Origin: Gracilinanus agilis
Lineage: Eukaryota
Length of the DNA: 64,000 nt
Assembly (NCBI RefSeq): GCF_016433145.1
Contig: NC_058134.1
Location: 272,923,748 to 272,987,747, forward strand
Direction: 5' to 3'
The notes under the pieces were generated by a model. That model had not been told where the DNA came from. It did no database searches and saw only the letters and a list, made by a program, of their open reading frames with translations. Below are positions 1-13,420 of this stretch, piece after piece. The translations under genes were made by a program, and so were the position numbers. How positions within the stretch are numbered: position 1 is the first letter of the stretch; every line of letters starts with the position of its first letter.

Positions 1-640
1 GCAGTTTATATTTTTGTAAATATTCGTCCATATCTCCTAAATTGTTATATTTATTGCCATATAATTGGGCAAAATAGTTTTTAATGATTGCCTTAAGCTT
101 GACTTTTATAAAGCTTCCTTGTTATTCTCTCCCCCAGCCATCAAGAACCCACAGAGTTATAACTGTTTCCCTGGCTTTAGTGAATGTCAGTTACTGTTTG
201 TTTACCCCAGCATTGTGTTTACTCTCCCTGTATATCTGCTGTATCTCTTTCATTCCCAACCTATTTCTCCATTCCCCTTGAGTTTCTATTTGTTATTACC
301 CTTTCCCCAAGGTACTGTGGGTGATTTTTTTCTTTTTTCAGTTCCCTTCTAACTCTGAGAATCTATAAATCACAAATCTTTTTTTAAGTACAAAAGCACA
401 TATCAATGAAATATGCCCCCTTTTTCACCCACATGTGAAATGTGATGTCTGAAAGTTCTACAGAACAAAAACCTTACACTTAGACAACTTTAGTTAGTCT
501 AAGTGAGTATCACCACAAAACTAATCATAATTTAAAATCATTATTAAGATGAAATTTTACCAAAAGTTGATCATTTGGTATTTTCAATTCACATTGGAAT
601 TTTATTTTGTTTTGTTTTTCATTAAAAATAATTGGGTTGG

Positions 641-830
641 GGGCAGCTGGGTAGCTCAGTGGATTGAGAGTCAGGCCTAGAGATTGGAGGTCCTAGATTC
701 AAATCCGGTCTCAGACACTTCCCAGCTGTGTGACCCTGGGCAAGTCACTTGACCCCCATTGTCCACCCCTTACCACTCTTCCACCTAGGAGCCAATACAC
801 AGAAGTTAAGGGTTTAAAAAAAAAAGAGGA
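641..830 (+). mobile_element. tRNA-derived marsupial SINE (SINE1_Mdo-like), full length
   Basis: A box ggtagctcagtgg, B box-like gattcaaatcc, A tail; 17-bp TSD aaaaataattgggttgg at 624-640 and 831-847. Confidence 0.9.
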
Positions 831-1819
831 AAAAATAATTGGGTTGGTTTTTTTTAATGTGCCATTTGAGGCATATTACCATGTAGTTTCAGGGCACTGA
901 TATCTCAAAATTACATATAGCTTACAATTTGATGTAGAGTATTATTTATGATTTCTAGAAATCTACTTTATTATATGATCTTGAGAATATAATCACTAGA
1001 TATATTTTCATTCCTTTTATCCAGTGATTCATCCACTGGAAGGCATCTTAAAAGCACAATGAATAAAGAGCTGGACCTAGTGTCAGGACCTGAGTTTAAA
1101 TCTGACCTCAGACACTTACTGGCTATATGACCCTAGGCAACTCACTTACCCTTTTGGTCTAGGGAGAAAAAATACTATTAAGATTTCAGCATTCTCTCTC
1201 TTCCAGGGGAATGTCATGAGCCCTGGTGTAAATAAGTTTCTAACTCAAAAAGACCCTTAAGATTCTTTATACAAAATGCATAATAAACCCTTCAATATGT
1301 ATTATTAATGACTTATCAACTTATATTAAAAACATCTTATTAGGATCAAACCCTGAATTATCACAACCAATCACAGCAAGTCAAACTGTTGACTTTTTAC
1401 CTGAAAGATCTGAAATCACTCCAAACCTGGAACATGACATGTTAAAAAAATTAGCACTCGATTTCAAATAGTTTGCCCTTTTACGAACTCAGTTTTATTA
1501 TTCAATTTTGCTAATGAAGTTGTTAAATTATATACTTGAAATGCTATGAATGACAAAATATATTCTGGGATTCTGGGATAGTGCCTGTGAAAATGACATG
1601 AACTACCATGATACACAATTCTCAGTTTATATAAATTTCTGTTACACAAATCAACATAAAGAAATCCACATTAAAAAAATATGAAAATTCCTTACACAAA
1701 GCCAACAAGCTGTATGATTCTGGCAGCATAAATGGTGGTGGGAAGCTGAGAAGCATCTCTAAGTCAGTTCCCCTGTGTCTCCAGTCAGTGAGTGATTCTG
1801 CGCCTCTCCCTGGGTTCAA

Positions 1820-3870
1820 CAGTCATCCTTTTCACCATGACTGACAGCAAAAATGTGTTCTTGAGAGGGAAAATGAACCATCTCATAACCATAAGCCAAA
1901 AGATTTAGAAATGAAAATAATTAGAAAATATGAAGAAAGACAAAAATTGTCATCAATAACACATGACCTGTGAGCCTTGTGGTTTCAACTGTGAACAACA
2001 TAGTAAAGGATGCCGTATGGATAAAGGAACATGTACGAAGACATCTTATCTGTGGGAACAAAGAGAAGGGACTATTTTAGAGATGGAGAAGCTATTAACT
2101 ATGCAGATAGAAGACTAGATTCAGAAGAATATTCCTTTAAGCTTATAGACAATCCAAGCCAAGGCTCAAAGCTTCTTGGAAGATTTCAAAGTAAAGCCCC
2201 TCAAAGAACAAAGGCATTTATAGCAAACGGGTTGGTTTGCACTATTTAAAAACCAAGCCCAATTTCACAATGTGCAAATGTCAGGAAGAGACTGCTAGTA
2301 CAGAGACGGAAACAGCAAAGAAATCCCCATATTTCTTACAAAAAAAGAATAGATGAAGGGTGGTACTTGCCATAACAAATCTTTAATGTAGATGAAACCC
2401 GCCTATTTTATCAAAGAATGCCATCTGGAACCTACATCTCAGAGGAGGAAAAAACTCTGCTGGCATAAAGCTTTGAAGAAAAGAGTTACTCTTCTGCTTA
2501 TAGAGAATGTATCTAAGACTTGAAAATTAAAACCCAGCCTTGTGAACCACTCAGAAAATATTGAAAGGAATCAGCAGGATTATTTGAGGATAGCTAGGTA
2601 GCTCAATGGATATAGTGCCAGACCTGGAGGCAGGAGGTCCTGGGTTCAAATGTGACCTCAGATACTTCCTAGGGGTATGACCCTGCACAAGTCACTTAAC
2701 CCCAATGCCTAGCCTTTACCACCCTTCTCCCTTGGAACTGATATATAAATTCTAAGAGAGAATACAAAGGTTTAAAAAAAACCTTTTTTAGTTGTGTCTG
2801 ATTCTTCATGACTTCATGGACCACAACATGCCAATTCTGTCTATGGTGTTTTCTTGGCAAAGATACTGGAGTGGTTTGCCCTTTCCTTCTCCAGCTGATT
2901 AAGGCAAATAGAGGTTAAGTCAGGTCTTCCTGACTGCAGGCCCAGCAATCTATATTGAGCCACCTAGCAGCTTCCAAGGCAACACTACCAGTGCATTATT
3001 TTACCAACCCTAAAGCTTGGATAACTCTTATCATCTTATATCTTAAGATCTTATCATTATCAATAATGATTTATGCATTGCTTCATTCCCTATTAAGAGA
3101 AGTTTTATAATGCTAATGGAAATCCTTTTGACCTTGAACCCTACTGCATTATTACTACTTGAGAATCAAAAAGAGATTGTGAATATTAAGGCATGCTCTA
3201 CAGTGGACTTGGAGAGATTTCTAGAAATCTTATAATGTTTACCATGCAATCTGGAATCATGCTGAGGCATGGGAAGATGTAACAAAAACATGGATGAAGA
3301 GAGTTTGGAAAAAAGTATGTCCACAGTTTGTTCCAATTTTCATATATTTGACAAAGACTTCTTTAGAAGAAATGGGTAACAAGATTGTAAAATTAGCAGA
3401 AGAAATGGAGCAAGTGGATGAGAATGATGTAAAGAAGTTGATTGAGCTTCATGGAGAAGAACTATCCAATTAGGATCTAATTGAGCTGCTAGTTGCATAG
3501 GTTACAGAAGAAGAAAAGGAAGCTTTGGAACTAAAGGTCAAAAGAAAAAGGTCCACGAAAAAACAATGTAAATATTTCATCATTTGAGTGAATTTTTTCC
3601 TTATATTGAAAAGATGGATCTGAATATTTCAAAATTTTTTTAAAGTTCAAAGACTAGTTAAGGATAATATTTCTTGCTGCCCTCTGATATATAAGAAGAA
3701 AAAAATAGAGAGAATCACTGTCCAAACATCTTTCTGTAGCTTCATTTAAAAAGTTGTGCAGCTGACCCTGTGATAAAGGCTTGATGCAATGAATAGAGAA
3801 GGAATAACATAAGGCATACATATGTATTAACTTTACATGTGTTAACTTTACTGTACAGTACTGTGGATAC
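1820..3870 (+). mobile_element. Decayed Tigger (TcMar/pogo) DNA transposon, interrupted by SINEs at about 2586-2975
   Basis: Hand translation at about 2353-2460 gives DEGWYLP*QIFNVDETRLFYQRMPSGTYISEEEKT (pogo DDE FNxDETG motif). AWEDV/VWKK-like and VDENDVKKLIELHGEELSN C-terminal remnants at about 3260-3480; stops and frameshifts throughout. Confidence 0.8.
2586..2975. mobile_element. SINE (+, about 2586-2780) abutting a MAR1-type SINE (-, about 2785-2975), both inside the Tigger
   Basis: A/B-box head and aagggtttaaaaaa tail; second element carries the reverse complement of the RTE-type tail (ttcttggcaaagatactggagtggtttgcc). Confidence 0.75.
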
Positions 3871-3934
3871 TTTATAATTACCTTCAATTCCATAATTGCA
3901 TTTATTATCATGGTACAGTGCTTAGTATATCTGT

Positions 3935-6150
3935 GTTTTACAGTATATATTTAAAACCATTAGCAAGCATCAGGTGAAATGGGGATAAATTAGAAGCCTT
4001 CCCAATAAGATCAGGCGTGAAACAAGGATGCCTCTCACCCCTATTATTTAACATTGTACTAGAAATGCTTTTAGAGAATTGAGTAGCAGTTAGAGAAGAA
4101 AAAAGAATTGAAGGGATTAAAGTAGGCAATAAGGAGACTAAACTATCACTCTCTGCAGATGATATGATGGTCTACTTAAAGAATGCTAGAGAATCAATTA
4201 AAAAGCTAATGGAAACAATCAACAACTTTTAACAAAGTTGCAGGGTACAAAAAAAAATCATTAGCATTCCTATATGTTTCCAACACAACTCAGCAGCAAG
4301 AGTTAGAAAGAGAAATTCCATTTAAATCCCCACAATATAAAATGTTTAGGAATCTATTTACCAAGACAAACACAAGAATTATATGAACCAAGCTACAAAA
4401 CACTTTTCACACAATTAAAATTAGATCTAAAGAATTGGAAAAACATTAGTTGCTCATGGGTAGGATGAGCTAATATAATAAAAATGACAATCCTACCCAA
4501 ATTAATCTATTTTGTGCCATACCTATCAAACTACCAAGAAACTTTTTTACTGAATTAGAAAAAGCTATAACAAAGTTCATTTGGAAGAACAAAAGATCAA
4601 GAATATCAAGGGAAATACTGAAAAAAATTTGTGAAGGATGGGTGTCTAGCAGTACCAGATCTTAAACTGTACTATAAAGCAGTAGACATCTGGCTAAGAG
4701 ACAGAAGGGAGGATCAGTAGAATAGATTTGGGGTAAATGACCTCAGCAAGATAGTATATGATAAACCCAAAGAGCCCAACTTTTGTGACAAAAATCCACT
4801 ATTTGACAAAAACTGTTGGGAAAATTGGAAAACAAAGAGACTAGGTTTAGATCAACATCTCACACCTAATGCCAACATAAATTCAGAATGGGTGAATGAC
4901 TTAAATATAATAAAGGAAATTATAAGTAAATTAGGTGAACATAGAATAGTATACCTATCAGATCTATGGGAAAGAAAAGATTTTAAGACCAAGCAAGAGA
5001 TAGAGAACATTACAAAATGTAAAATAAATAATTTTGATTACATTAAATTAGAAAGGTTTTGTGCAAACAAAACCAATACAACCAAAATTAGAAGGGAAGC
5101 AACAAATTGGGAAAAAATCATTATGACAAAAACCTCTGACAAAGGTCTAATTTCTCAGATTTATAAGGAGCTAAATCAATTGTACAAAAAAATCAAGCCA
5201 TTTCCCAACTGATAAATGGTCAAGGGACATGAATTGGCAATTTTCAAATAAAGAAATTAAAACTATCAATAAGCACATGAAAAAGTGTTCTACATCTCTC
5301 ATAATTAGAGAAATGCAAATCAAAACAACTCTGATGCACCACTTCACACCTAGCAGATTAGCCAATATGACAGCAAGAAAAGTCATAAATGTGGAGGTTG
5401 GGACATTAATGCATTACTGATGGAGTTGTGAATTGATCCAACCTTTCTGGAAGACAATTTGGAACTATGTCCAAAAGGGTGTTAAAAGACTATCTGCCCT
5501 TTGATCCACTGCTGGGTTTATACCTGAAAGAGATAATAAGGAAAAAGACTTGTACAAAAACATTTATAGCCGCGCTCTTTATGGTGGCAAAAAATTGGAA
5601 AATGAGGGAATGTCCTTCGATTGGGGAATGGCTGAACAAATTGTGGTATCTGTTGGTGATGGAATACTATTGTGCTCAAAGGAATAATAAACTGGAGGAA
5701 TTCCATGTGAACTGGAAAGACCTCCAGGAATTGATGCAGAGTGAAAAGAGCAGAACCAGGAGAACATTGTACATAGAGACTGATACACTGTGGCACAGTC
5801 GAATGTAATGGACTTCTGAACTAGTAATAATGTAAGGATCCTGGAAAACTATGAGGATCTTTGAGAAAGAACACTATCCACATCCAGAGAAAGAACTGTG
5901 AGAGAAGAAATACAGAAGAAAAACAACTGTTTGATCACGTGGTTCAATGGGGATATGATTGGGGATATAGACTCTAAACAATCACCCTAGTGCAAATACT
6001 AATAATATGGAAATAGGTCTGATCAATAACACATGTAAAACCCAGTGGAATTGCTTGTTGGCTACGGGAAGGGGTGGGAGGAGTGGAGGGAAAGAACATG
6101 ATTCAGATAACTATGAGAAAATATTCTTAATTAATTAATTAATTAAAAGT
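3935..6150 (+). mobile_element. 5'-truncated L1 (ORF2 RT to C-terminus, plus 3' UTR), inactivated
   Basis: [22 protein letters not shown] (RT YADD-like region) and CPSIGEWLNKLWY remnants; track ORFs 4892, 5229 and 5467 are fragments of it; G-rich 3' UTR and AT tail. Confidence 0.93.
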
Positions 6151-6789
6151 TTAAAAGATATGTTTGCATTTTCATACATTTTTGACTCATGTAAAGATAT
6201 TATTTTGTATATGCCTTTTGTTATATATAGGCTAAGCGAAGGGGATGAAAATTATTAAAGGTTAGTGGAAAGGTCCGCTTATCTAAAGCAAGAATTGTCT
6301 ATATAATGAAAAGCTCAATGGGATCAAATCCTTCTGCTGATTATTGCCTGTGAAACCTTTAAAAAATCATTTAATGCCCCTGGTATTCAGTTTCGGTAAA
6401 TGAAAAATGAGGGTTAAACCAAGTAATCCTCAAGCTCCTTTCCAATTCTAAATTTATGATCCTATGGCTAGTGGCATAATACTAGTAAGCCTTAATTAAG
6501 ACAGTGAGTCAGATGAATGCAAAACTTCCCAGAAGCCACAAGTCCTACATTTTCACCTGAACGTGTAACCCTCTTTATGAGGTTCATTGAATCTTGATTC
6601 CACAACACATCCCTGAGAATACATTCATATATATTATATTTCTACTTAAGTTCTCAGCACCCAGGAGGAGCTTAAAAGTCATAATTTGTTGAAAGATGTA
6701 TATTATGTTTCATAAAAGAGGACTATATCAAAGGCAATAGAATATTTGGGCATTGTGTGCAGGCTACCCAAAGTGAAGAAAGAATCACT

Positions 6790-9720
6790 GAATTTTAAAG
6801 TTGAAAGAGACCTCAGCAGCTATGTAGTCCCACCTATACCCAAAAGGAATCCACAGGTTAACTATAGAAAAAAAAGATCATCCAGCCTCTGCTTTAAAGG
6901 CTTCAACTAAAGGGGAGCCAACCATTTCCAGAGGTAGGCCATTCCATTCTAATAATTAAGGAGTTTTTTTTTTCTTACATCCCACCTTAATTTGCTTGTT
7001 TAATGAATCCTACCCAGTATTCTAGATCCTGCTCTACAGGATAAATCTTCCATATGATAGTCCTTTAACTGTTTAAAGACTAGGGCTTTCTCCCCATAAG
7101 TCTTCTCTTTCTCCCGCTAAATATCCCTAGTTCCTTCAACTAAGCCTCATAATACCATGGAATCCAAACCCTTTGCCATCCTGCTTGTCTTGTGGACACT
7201 ACCCAGCCAACCAATATTCTTTTTAAACCACGGTACCCAGACCAAACACAGTACTTGAAATGCGCTCTAACCAGGGCAGAATACAGAAGGATTATCACCT
7301 CCTTAATTCCAGAAAATATGCCTCAATGCATTCCAAGGTCCCGTTAGGGTTTCTTTGTTTTTTGACTGCCATATGATGCAGACTAATCATAGAGTTTGTG
7401 GTTCAGTAAAACCCTAAGATCCTTTTTAGACAATTTTCAGCCTCCTCAGTTCTTAATGCTAAAGACAATTTTCTTGAACCCATGTAGGAATTTCATCATA
7501 TTAGATTATGCCCAACATTTTAGCTTGTCAGGAGCTTTTTACATTTTAATTTTGTAATTCAATGCCTAACCTATCTTTCCCATCACCAAATCATCTGCAA
7601 ACTTGATGAGAACGCCATCTATCCTTGTATCCACGTCAGGTTAAAAATGTTAAAAGTGTAACATGATTAAGCACAGATCTCTGGGACATTCCACTGCAGA
7701 CCTCCTGCCAAGCTTGAACTCTTAATAATTACTCTTTGATTACAGCCTTTCAACCAGTTCTGAATCCATCTCATTGTAGTATCATCTAGTCCAGAAATAT
7801 CAAATATACCACAGAACATGTTATACTCTGAGTAGGGTTGAACCAGATTAAAATGTAATTGGAAAATATTAACAAAATAAATAAAAACACAATAAATTAT
7901 GCAGCCCACAAGGATCCTTATGTATGATTTAATCTCCTCCATTTCTTTTTTAACTTAACTCTACTGCCAAGAGAGATGTTTCTTGTTCATGTCTCTCCAT
8001 CTTTTCCATATAATTGTATTAAATACTTGATTGAATATTTTGCTAAAAATCTAAGTAAACTATATTCACAGCTCTTCTTTAATCCTCTATAACCTTCGTG
8101 AGAATTTATTTTTTTTCTACTGTATTAAATCTTATATCAGTTTCTGTGTTTATTATCATTTGTTGTATATATAGATGCAACATATTGAATGAAATATTTA
8201 TACAAAGAAAAAAAAGAGTAGAAACTAGAGTAGAAACACCCAAGTTCCTGTATATTAGGGATAATTACCAGGTATTCTTGTGTCTGGGATTTGGGTCAGA
8301 GATTATACTCGGTCTACTGCTTTATGCATTTTATTGGTCCTTAGGAATCTCAAAGAACTTCCTCCTTTTTAAAAGAATTTGGTTGATAATTGAAGGGAAC
8401 AAGGATTCTTTCCCAGCATACATGCAAATCTTCACCTTCCCACCTGTCAGTGAGGGTTTGGTGGATCACATCCTTCTTAGCAAGTTTCCAATTATAAATG
8501 TCTTGGGATATTCAAGGGATAGGCTGAATAATAAACTCCTAAAATTCTATTTATTGAGTTACCTGACCTAAGTACAAGGTTGGTGGTCATTCAAGAGGGT
8601 CATCGACCTATATGTCACTTTATTGGTTATGATGCTAGCCTAACCAATAAACATATATTTAATAAATTGATATTTCTTACCCAAAATCAGTCTTTTGAGA
8701 TAGTTTTAATCATAATACCTTCCTGTTTTCCATAGTTTTTCAAAATATCACTGACAGTGGCTCAGCAATTATATCTACAAGTTCCTTCAGTACCCAAGTA
8801 ACTCAAGTTCCTTGAATTCATCTAGTCACAAAGTAGTCTCTAATTATCTCTTTATTCATGAGGATATCAATTTCTTATTAGCTATGTTTGTTCTGTCATG
8901 ACAGATCCTTTTCCTTGGCAGAGAAAGCAGAAGCAAGATGAGAATTGAGCAGCACTGTGTTGTCTCTGTTAGCAGTTATCATTGGCCCATCCACCCCAAT
9001 CATCAATTCTATCTATCCCTACTTCAATCTTTCTCTTTCCCATAAAACAGCCTCTCTCAATAGCCTCAGCTCATTTTGAACTTTAGTACTCCCTAGGATA
9101 GTCTTATGAAACTGTGCTTTACTAAGGTGATTTTGGTGAGTTCCCTATGCCTCTACCCTGGTCTCCTCAGACAACTCCCATTTTTTCATTTCTCCAGAAT
9201 TATTCCTTTATGTCTTTAGAATTTCATTCTAAAGCATTTCTTATCCCTTGTAGAACTAATCTGTGGCATCCTACCTATCGTTTTTCTGACACCTTTGAAA
9301 TCTACTCCTCAAAAATCCCAGGTGCATATTAGACTCCCAAATGTCCACTTTTTTCTCTGCCCTACCACAAACCCTAGAAAGGAGTAGTTACTTTCCCCCA
9401 AAGTTCCTATCATTTCCACCTTAAGAACCAGTTCCTCCTTGTTAATGATAATAGTATTCAATATTGAATTTTCCCTTGCTGGTTTCTCCACCTTTGGAAG
9501 GATGAAATTATAATTAAGGCATGTGAAGTGGTTATTAGATTCTTAGCTCTTGGCAGAGGGAACACCCTCCAGCAGATGTACAAATAATTGATGTTACACA
9601 ATCCTACTTTATTATGCCTCTGTGTGAAGCTTGTGATCAATTTCCCAAACTTCTTTTCTATTTCCTCTTTTCTTCAGATATGTATCAGCTCTGTAGTATG
9701 CTGATGGCAAAATTTATTTT
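6790..9720 (-). mobile_element. Ancient CR1/L3 LINE, fragmented
   Basis: Minus ORF 9309..9491 (EKPARENSILNTIIINKEELVLKVEMIGTLGESNY) matches the CR1 endonuclease PTR...LDLIL.N.EELV...LG.SDH pattern; 7700-7800 gives RWIQNWLKGCNQRVII (CR1 RT). Confidence 0.8.
8121..8719 (+). mobile_element. Probable old solo LTR inserted in the CR1/L3
   Basis: Begins TGTATTA and ends TAATAC(C), an imperfect inverted end; internal AATAAA at about 8646; interrupts L3-like sequence. TSD imperfect (ctac/cttc). Confidence 0.45.
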
Positions 9721-9984
9721 GTTTCTCCACTTCTTTGATCTTCACTGCAATGTTCTCCACTGTATTTCTCCACTCTGGTTCCTGGTTTTCCTCATCTGTA
9801 CCTTCTTAATATATACTTTTTTCCTACCTTCTCTTTTACCTATGCCATTTCTTTTGAATAAAGTATTCTTATGCAGAGTAATATTCTAGTCATGGGTTTC
9901 ATCCCACCAAATCTTAATGATGAGTATAAAATCAAACTTGCTTCCTTGATTGAGACTTCTCCAAGGGTGGTTAATTGGCAATCT

Positions 9985-10510
9985 CTTTAAAAAAAATTTT
10001 AATATTTGCTTTATTTTTTTCTCAATTGCATGTAAACAAAAAAAATCTTTAATTTGTTTTTTAAATTTTAACTTCCAAATTATCTCTCTCCCTTTCCTCC
10101 CTCCCCACTCTTTGAGAGGGCAAAATACTTGATATAGATTATACATGTGCAATCATATAAAATATTTCCATATTCACCACATTGCAAAATACAAACAAAA
10201 AAAAACACAATAAAATTAAGTTTTTAAAAGTATGTTTCCATTTGCATTTGGACTCCATTAGTTCTTTCTGTGGGGGTAGATAGTAGCTTTTATCATAAGA
10301 CTTTTGAAATAATTTAGAATCATTGTATTGCTGAGAACAGCTAAGTAATTCACAGTTGATTTTCATACAATATTGCTCTTACTTCGTGCAGTATTGCCCT
10401 GGTTCTGTTCACTTGACTTTGCATTAGTTCTCCCACATTTTTCTAAAGCCATACTACTCATCACTTTTTATAGCACAATAGTATTCCAACACAATTATAT
10501 ACCACAAGTT
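9985..10510 (-). mobile_element. L1 3' UTR fragment
   Basis: T-rich reverse tail, ccctttcctccctcccc purine-tract complement and typical marsupial L1 3' end text. Confidence 0.7.
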
Positions 10511-10519
10511 TTTCAAACT

Positions 10520-12810
10520 GTCATTCTCTTATAGACACCTTCTCCATTGCAATTAACTGTCCAAGTCTCTTCAGGAATGAAGTTTTGCTAGTTACTTTTC
10601 TATGGTTCACACAGTCTCTACCAAAAATGCCAGTTATAGAAGCTCACAATAGCAAATATATGGTTCAGACTCCAAGAACAAAGCTGGGTCTTTTTTTTTA
10701 TCTTCTAGATCAGCTTAAAGCCTGCAGCAAAATAACCAGGGTAAGATTACCAGACCAAATGGGAGCCTAAGACGCTGTCATGATAAACCACCAGAGCTTT
10801 TCAGCTGGCTAATAGTACCTGAGACTAGGAACAATGTACTAGAATTCCACCTGGATAAGCCCACAGACTCAACCAAATTCAGGGTAAGTTCACACCAAAA
10901 GGGCAGAATCAGACTTTGCCCTAGATCAGACCACTTTAGGGGTACTAAAAGTGTGCAAGTCCACAGTAATAGCTGATTCTGAGATCTTGATATAATAGCC
11001 ATTACCCCAAGAAAGCAGCAGGAACATTCTTAGTATTCCCTATAGAAATATGGTGAGGCCAGCAGACTGGAAGATTGAACAAAACAACAAAAAAAGAATC
11101 CCACCATTAAAAAGCTCTTATGGTGACAGAGACACTCAAAGCACAACCTAGAAGAAAAGAATCACCCTAAAACATCTACAAGTAAAACTCCATAGGAAAA
11201 CAGAGCTTGGGCACAAGTTCTGCTTGAATTCTTGGAAGAGATTAAGCAAAAGGGTTTTTGTTGTTGTTTAAGGTTTAAAATATTTTTATAAATAAATGAA
11301 AGCATCATAGGAAAAATTTTTTCAAAAATAATGAATTATGGAACAAAGAATCAGAAAGAGAATTAACAGCTTGGCATTAAGAGATCTTGCCTGAGCAACA
11401 AACTCCTTGAAAATTAGAATGGACCATATAGAAGCCAATTACTTCATAAGACAATGAGAAATAAACATTAAAATGAAGTCAAAAGGCTGGGAAAAAAATA
11501 GAAAAAAACAAAACAATTGACCTGGAAATAGATCAAGAAGAAAAAAATTAAGACTACCTCAATACATGACCAAAAAAAAAAAACCAAAGTTTAAATATCA
11601 TACTTCATGAAAATAAACACGAAAACTTCACGAAAACAAAATTGACTAATTCTCTTAGAAACAGAAGGCAAAATAGAAGGAGCATCCACTTATAAAAGAA
11701 AACCCAAAATGAAAAATCCTAGGAACAGGATAGCCAAAATCCTGTTTCTAGGTCAAGGGAAAATATTGCAAGCAAGCAGAAAGAAAGAACTTAAATTAAG
11801 AAGCTATAATCACAATCACAAACAATTTAGCAGTCACTACTATAAAAGAATAGAGAATTTATAATACAACTATCCAGAGGGCAATGAATAACCAAGAATA
11901 ACTTATCAACCAAAACTGATTATAATCCTACAAGGGAAAAAATTGATCTTTAATGATAAAGAGGACTTTCAATCATTTCTGATTAAAAAGATTGGAGCTT
12001 CATAAAAACTTTGATGTTCAAACATAAGAGTAAAGAAAAATAAAAATGTAAATATTAAAGGAGAATTATAAGGAAATAAACAAGGGCAAACTGTTTATAT
12101 TTTATATGGGGAGATGATACATGTGTCCCCTCAGAACCCTATCACTAGGAATCATAGAAAAAGTCTAATTAGACACAAAGGGTATGGAAGTTGTTCTGTT
12201 ATATCTTAATGGTCTTAAAAGAAAAATGGAAAGAGAAGGAAAGAATTATGGAGGAAGAGGTGAAGGGAGGAGAGAAGGATGGGAGAAAGTATAATAAATA
12301 ATTTGGGTTCACAAAGTATACACAAGCTAGGAGTAAGGAGTGGGGAGAGAAGATATGTTTGAACCTCATTCTCATCTGAACTGGTCAAATGAAGAAAGAG
12401 TACCCACAGAGCGATACATTTTCCAAGGTGGGAAACAAGAGGAAAAGGGGAAAGGGGAAGGGGTGGGGGGTGGGGGAGCAGAAGGAAGATAGATCAAGAA
12501 AGGAATTAGTCTTAAACAAAATAAATTCTAACTAAAGATGTACCCCACCCCCTATCACAAAAAAGCAGGATTTTTTTGGTTGTAAAGATTTGAAAACTGA
12601 GGGGAATAAATATGATGGAATATTGTGCGGTCAAAAATTATGGAAGGGATAGTTTCTGAGAAACCTGGAAGACTTGTATAAACTAATACAGGGTGCAGTA
12701 GCAACTCTAATCATCATAATGACCAACTCCAATTCCAGAGGACTCATGATGAAACATGTTATCCATACTCCTAATAGAGAAATGATTGAAACAGGGTGCA
12801 AAATTTGAAA
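10520..12810 (+). mobile_element. Old L1-related element with 5' region and ORF1 running directly into a 3' UTR (HAL1-like)
   Basis: ORF1 RRM-like remnant (IH....ENPKMKNPRNRIAK) at about 11680-11745, C-terminal LIIILQGK-like remnant at about 11915; no RT remnant seen before the L1-type 3' UTR at about 12590-12800. Confidence 0.6.
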
Positions 12811-12917
12811 TGTAATAATTAAAATTAATTAAATTTAAATAATGTAAAAATTAAAATTGGTTGGCCAAATGTAATAATTAAAAATTTGATTTGATAATGA
12901 TAATAATTTTTTTTAAT

Positions 12918-13415
12918 TGGTGTAGTTTGTGAACTGGAATGACCTCCAGGAATTGATGCAAAGTGAAAGGAGCAGAACCAGGAGAACATTATACACAGAG
13001 GCTGATACACCGTGGTACAATTGAACATCACAGACTTCTCTACTAGCAGCAATGCAAAAATCCAGAGCAAGGCTGAGGGACTTATGAGAAAGAAAACTAG
13101 CCACAGAGGAAGAACTGTGGGAGGAGAAACACAGAAGAAAAACAACTGCTTGAGCACGTGGGCTGATGGGGATATTATTAAGGATGAAGACACTAAACGA
13201 TAACTCAATAATATGGAATTAGGTCTTAATCAATGATACATGTAAAAGCCAGTGGAATTGTGCGTCAGCTAAGGGAGGTTTAGGGGGGTTTGGGGAGAGG
13301 GAAAGAACATTAAACATGTAACTTAGGGGACTTAGGGGGGTTTGGGGAGAGGGAAAGAACATTAAACATGTAACTATGGGAAAATATTCAAAATGAAAAT
13401 AAAAATATAAGTAAA
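12918..13415 (+). mobile_element. L1 3' end fragment with internal duplication
   Basis: Highly similar to 5707-6130 in this window (gtgaactggaa..gacctccaggaattgatgca.agtgaaa.gagcagaaccaggagaacatt). Confidence 0.88.
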
Positions 13416-13420
13416 ATTGT

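Noticed and set aside
4892-5808. ORFs of 106, 63 and 113 aa as host genes
   Set aside because: Frameshifted fragments of L1 ORF2.
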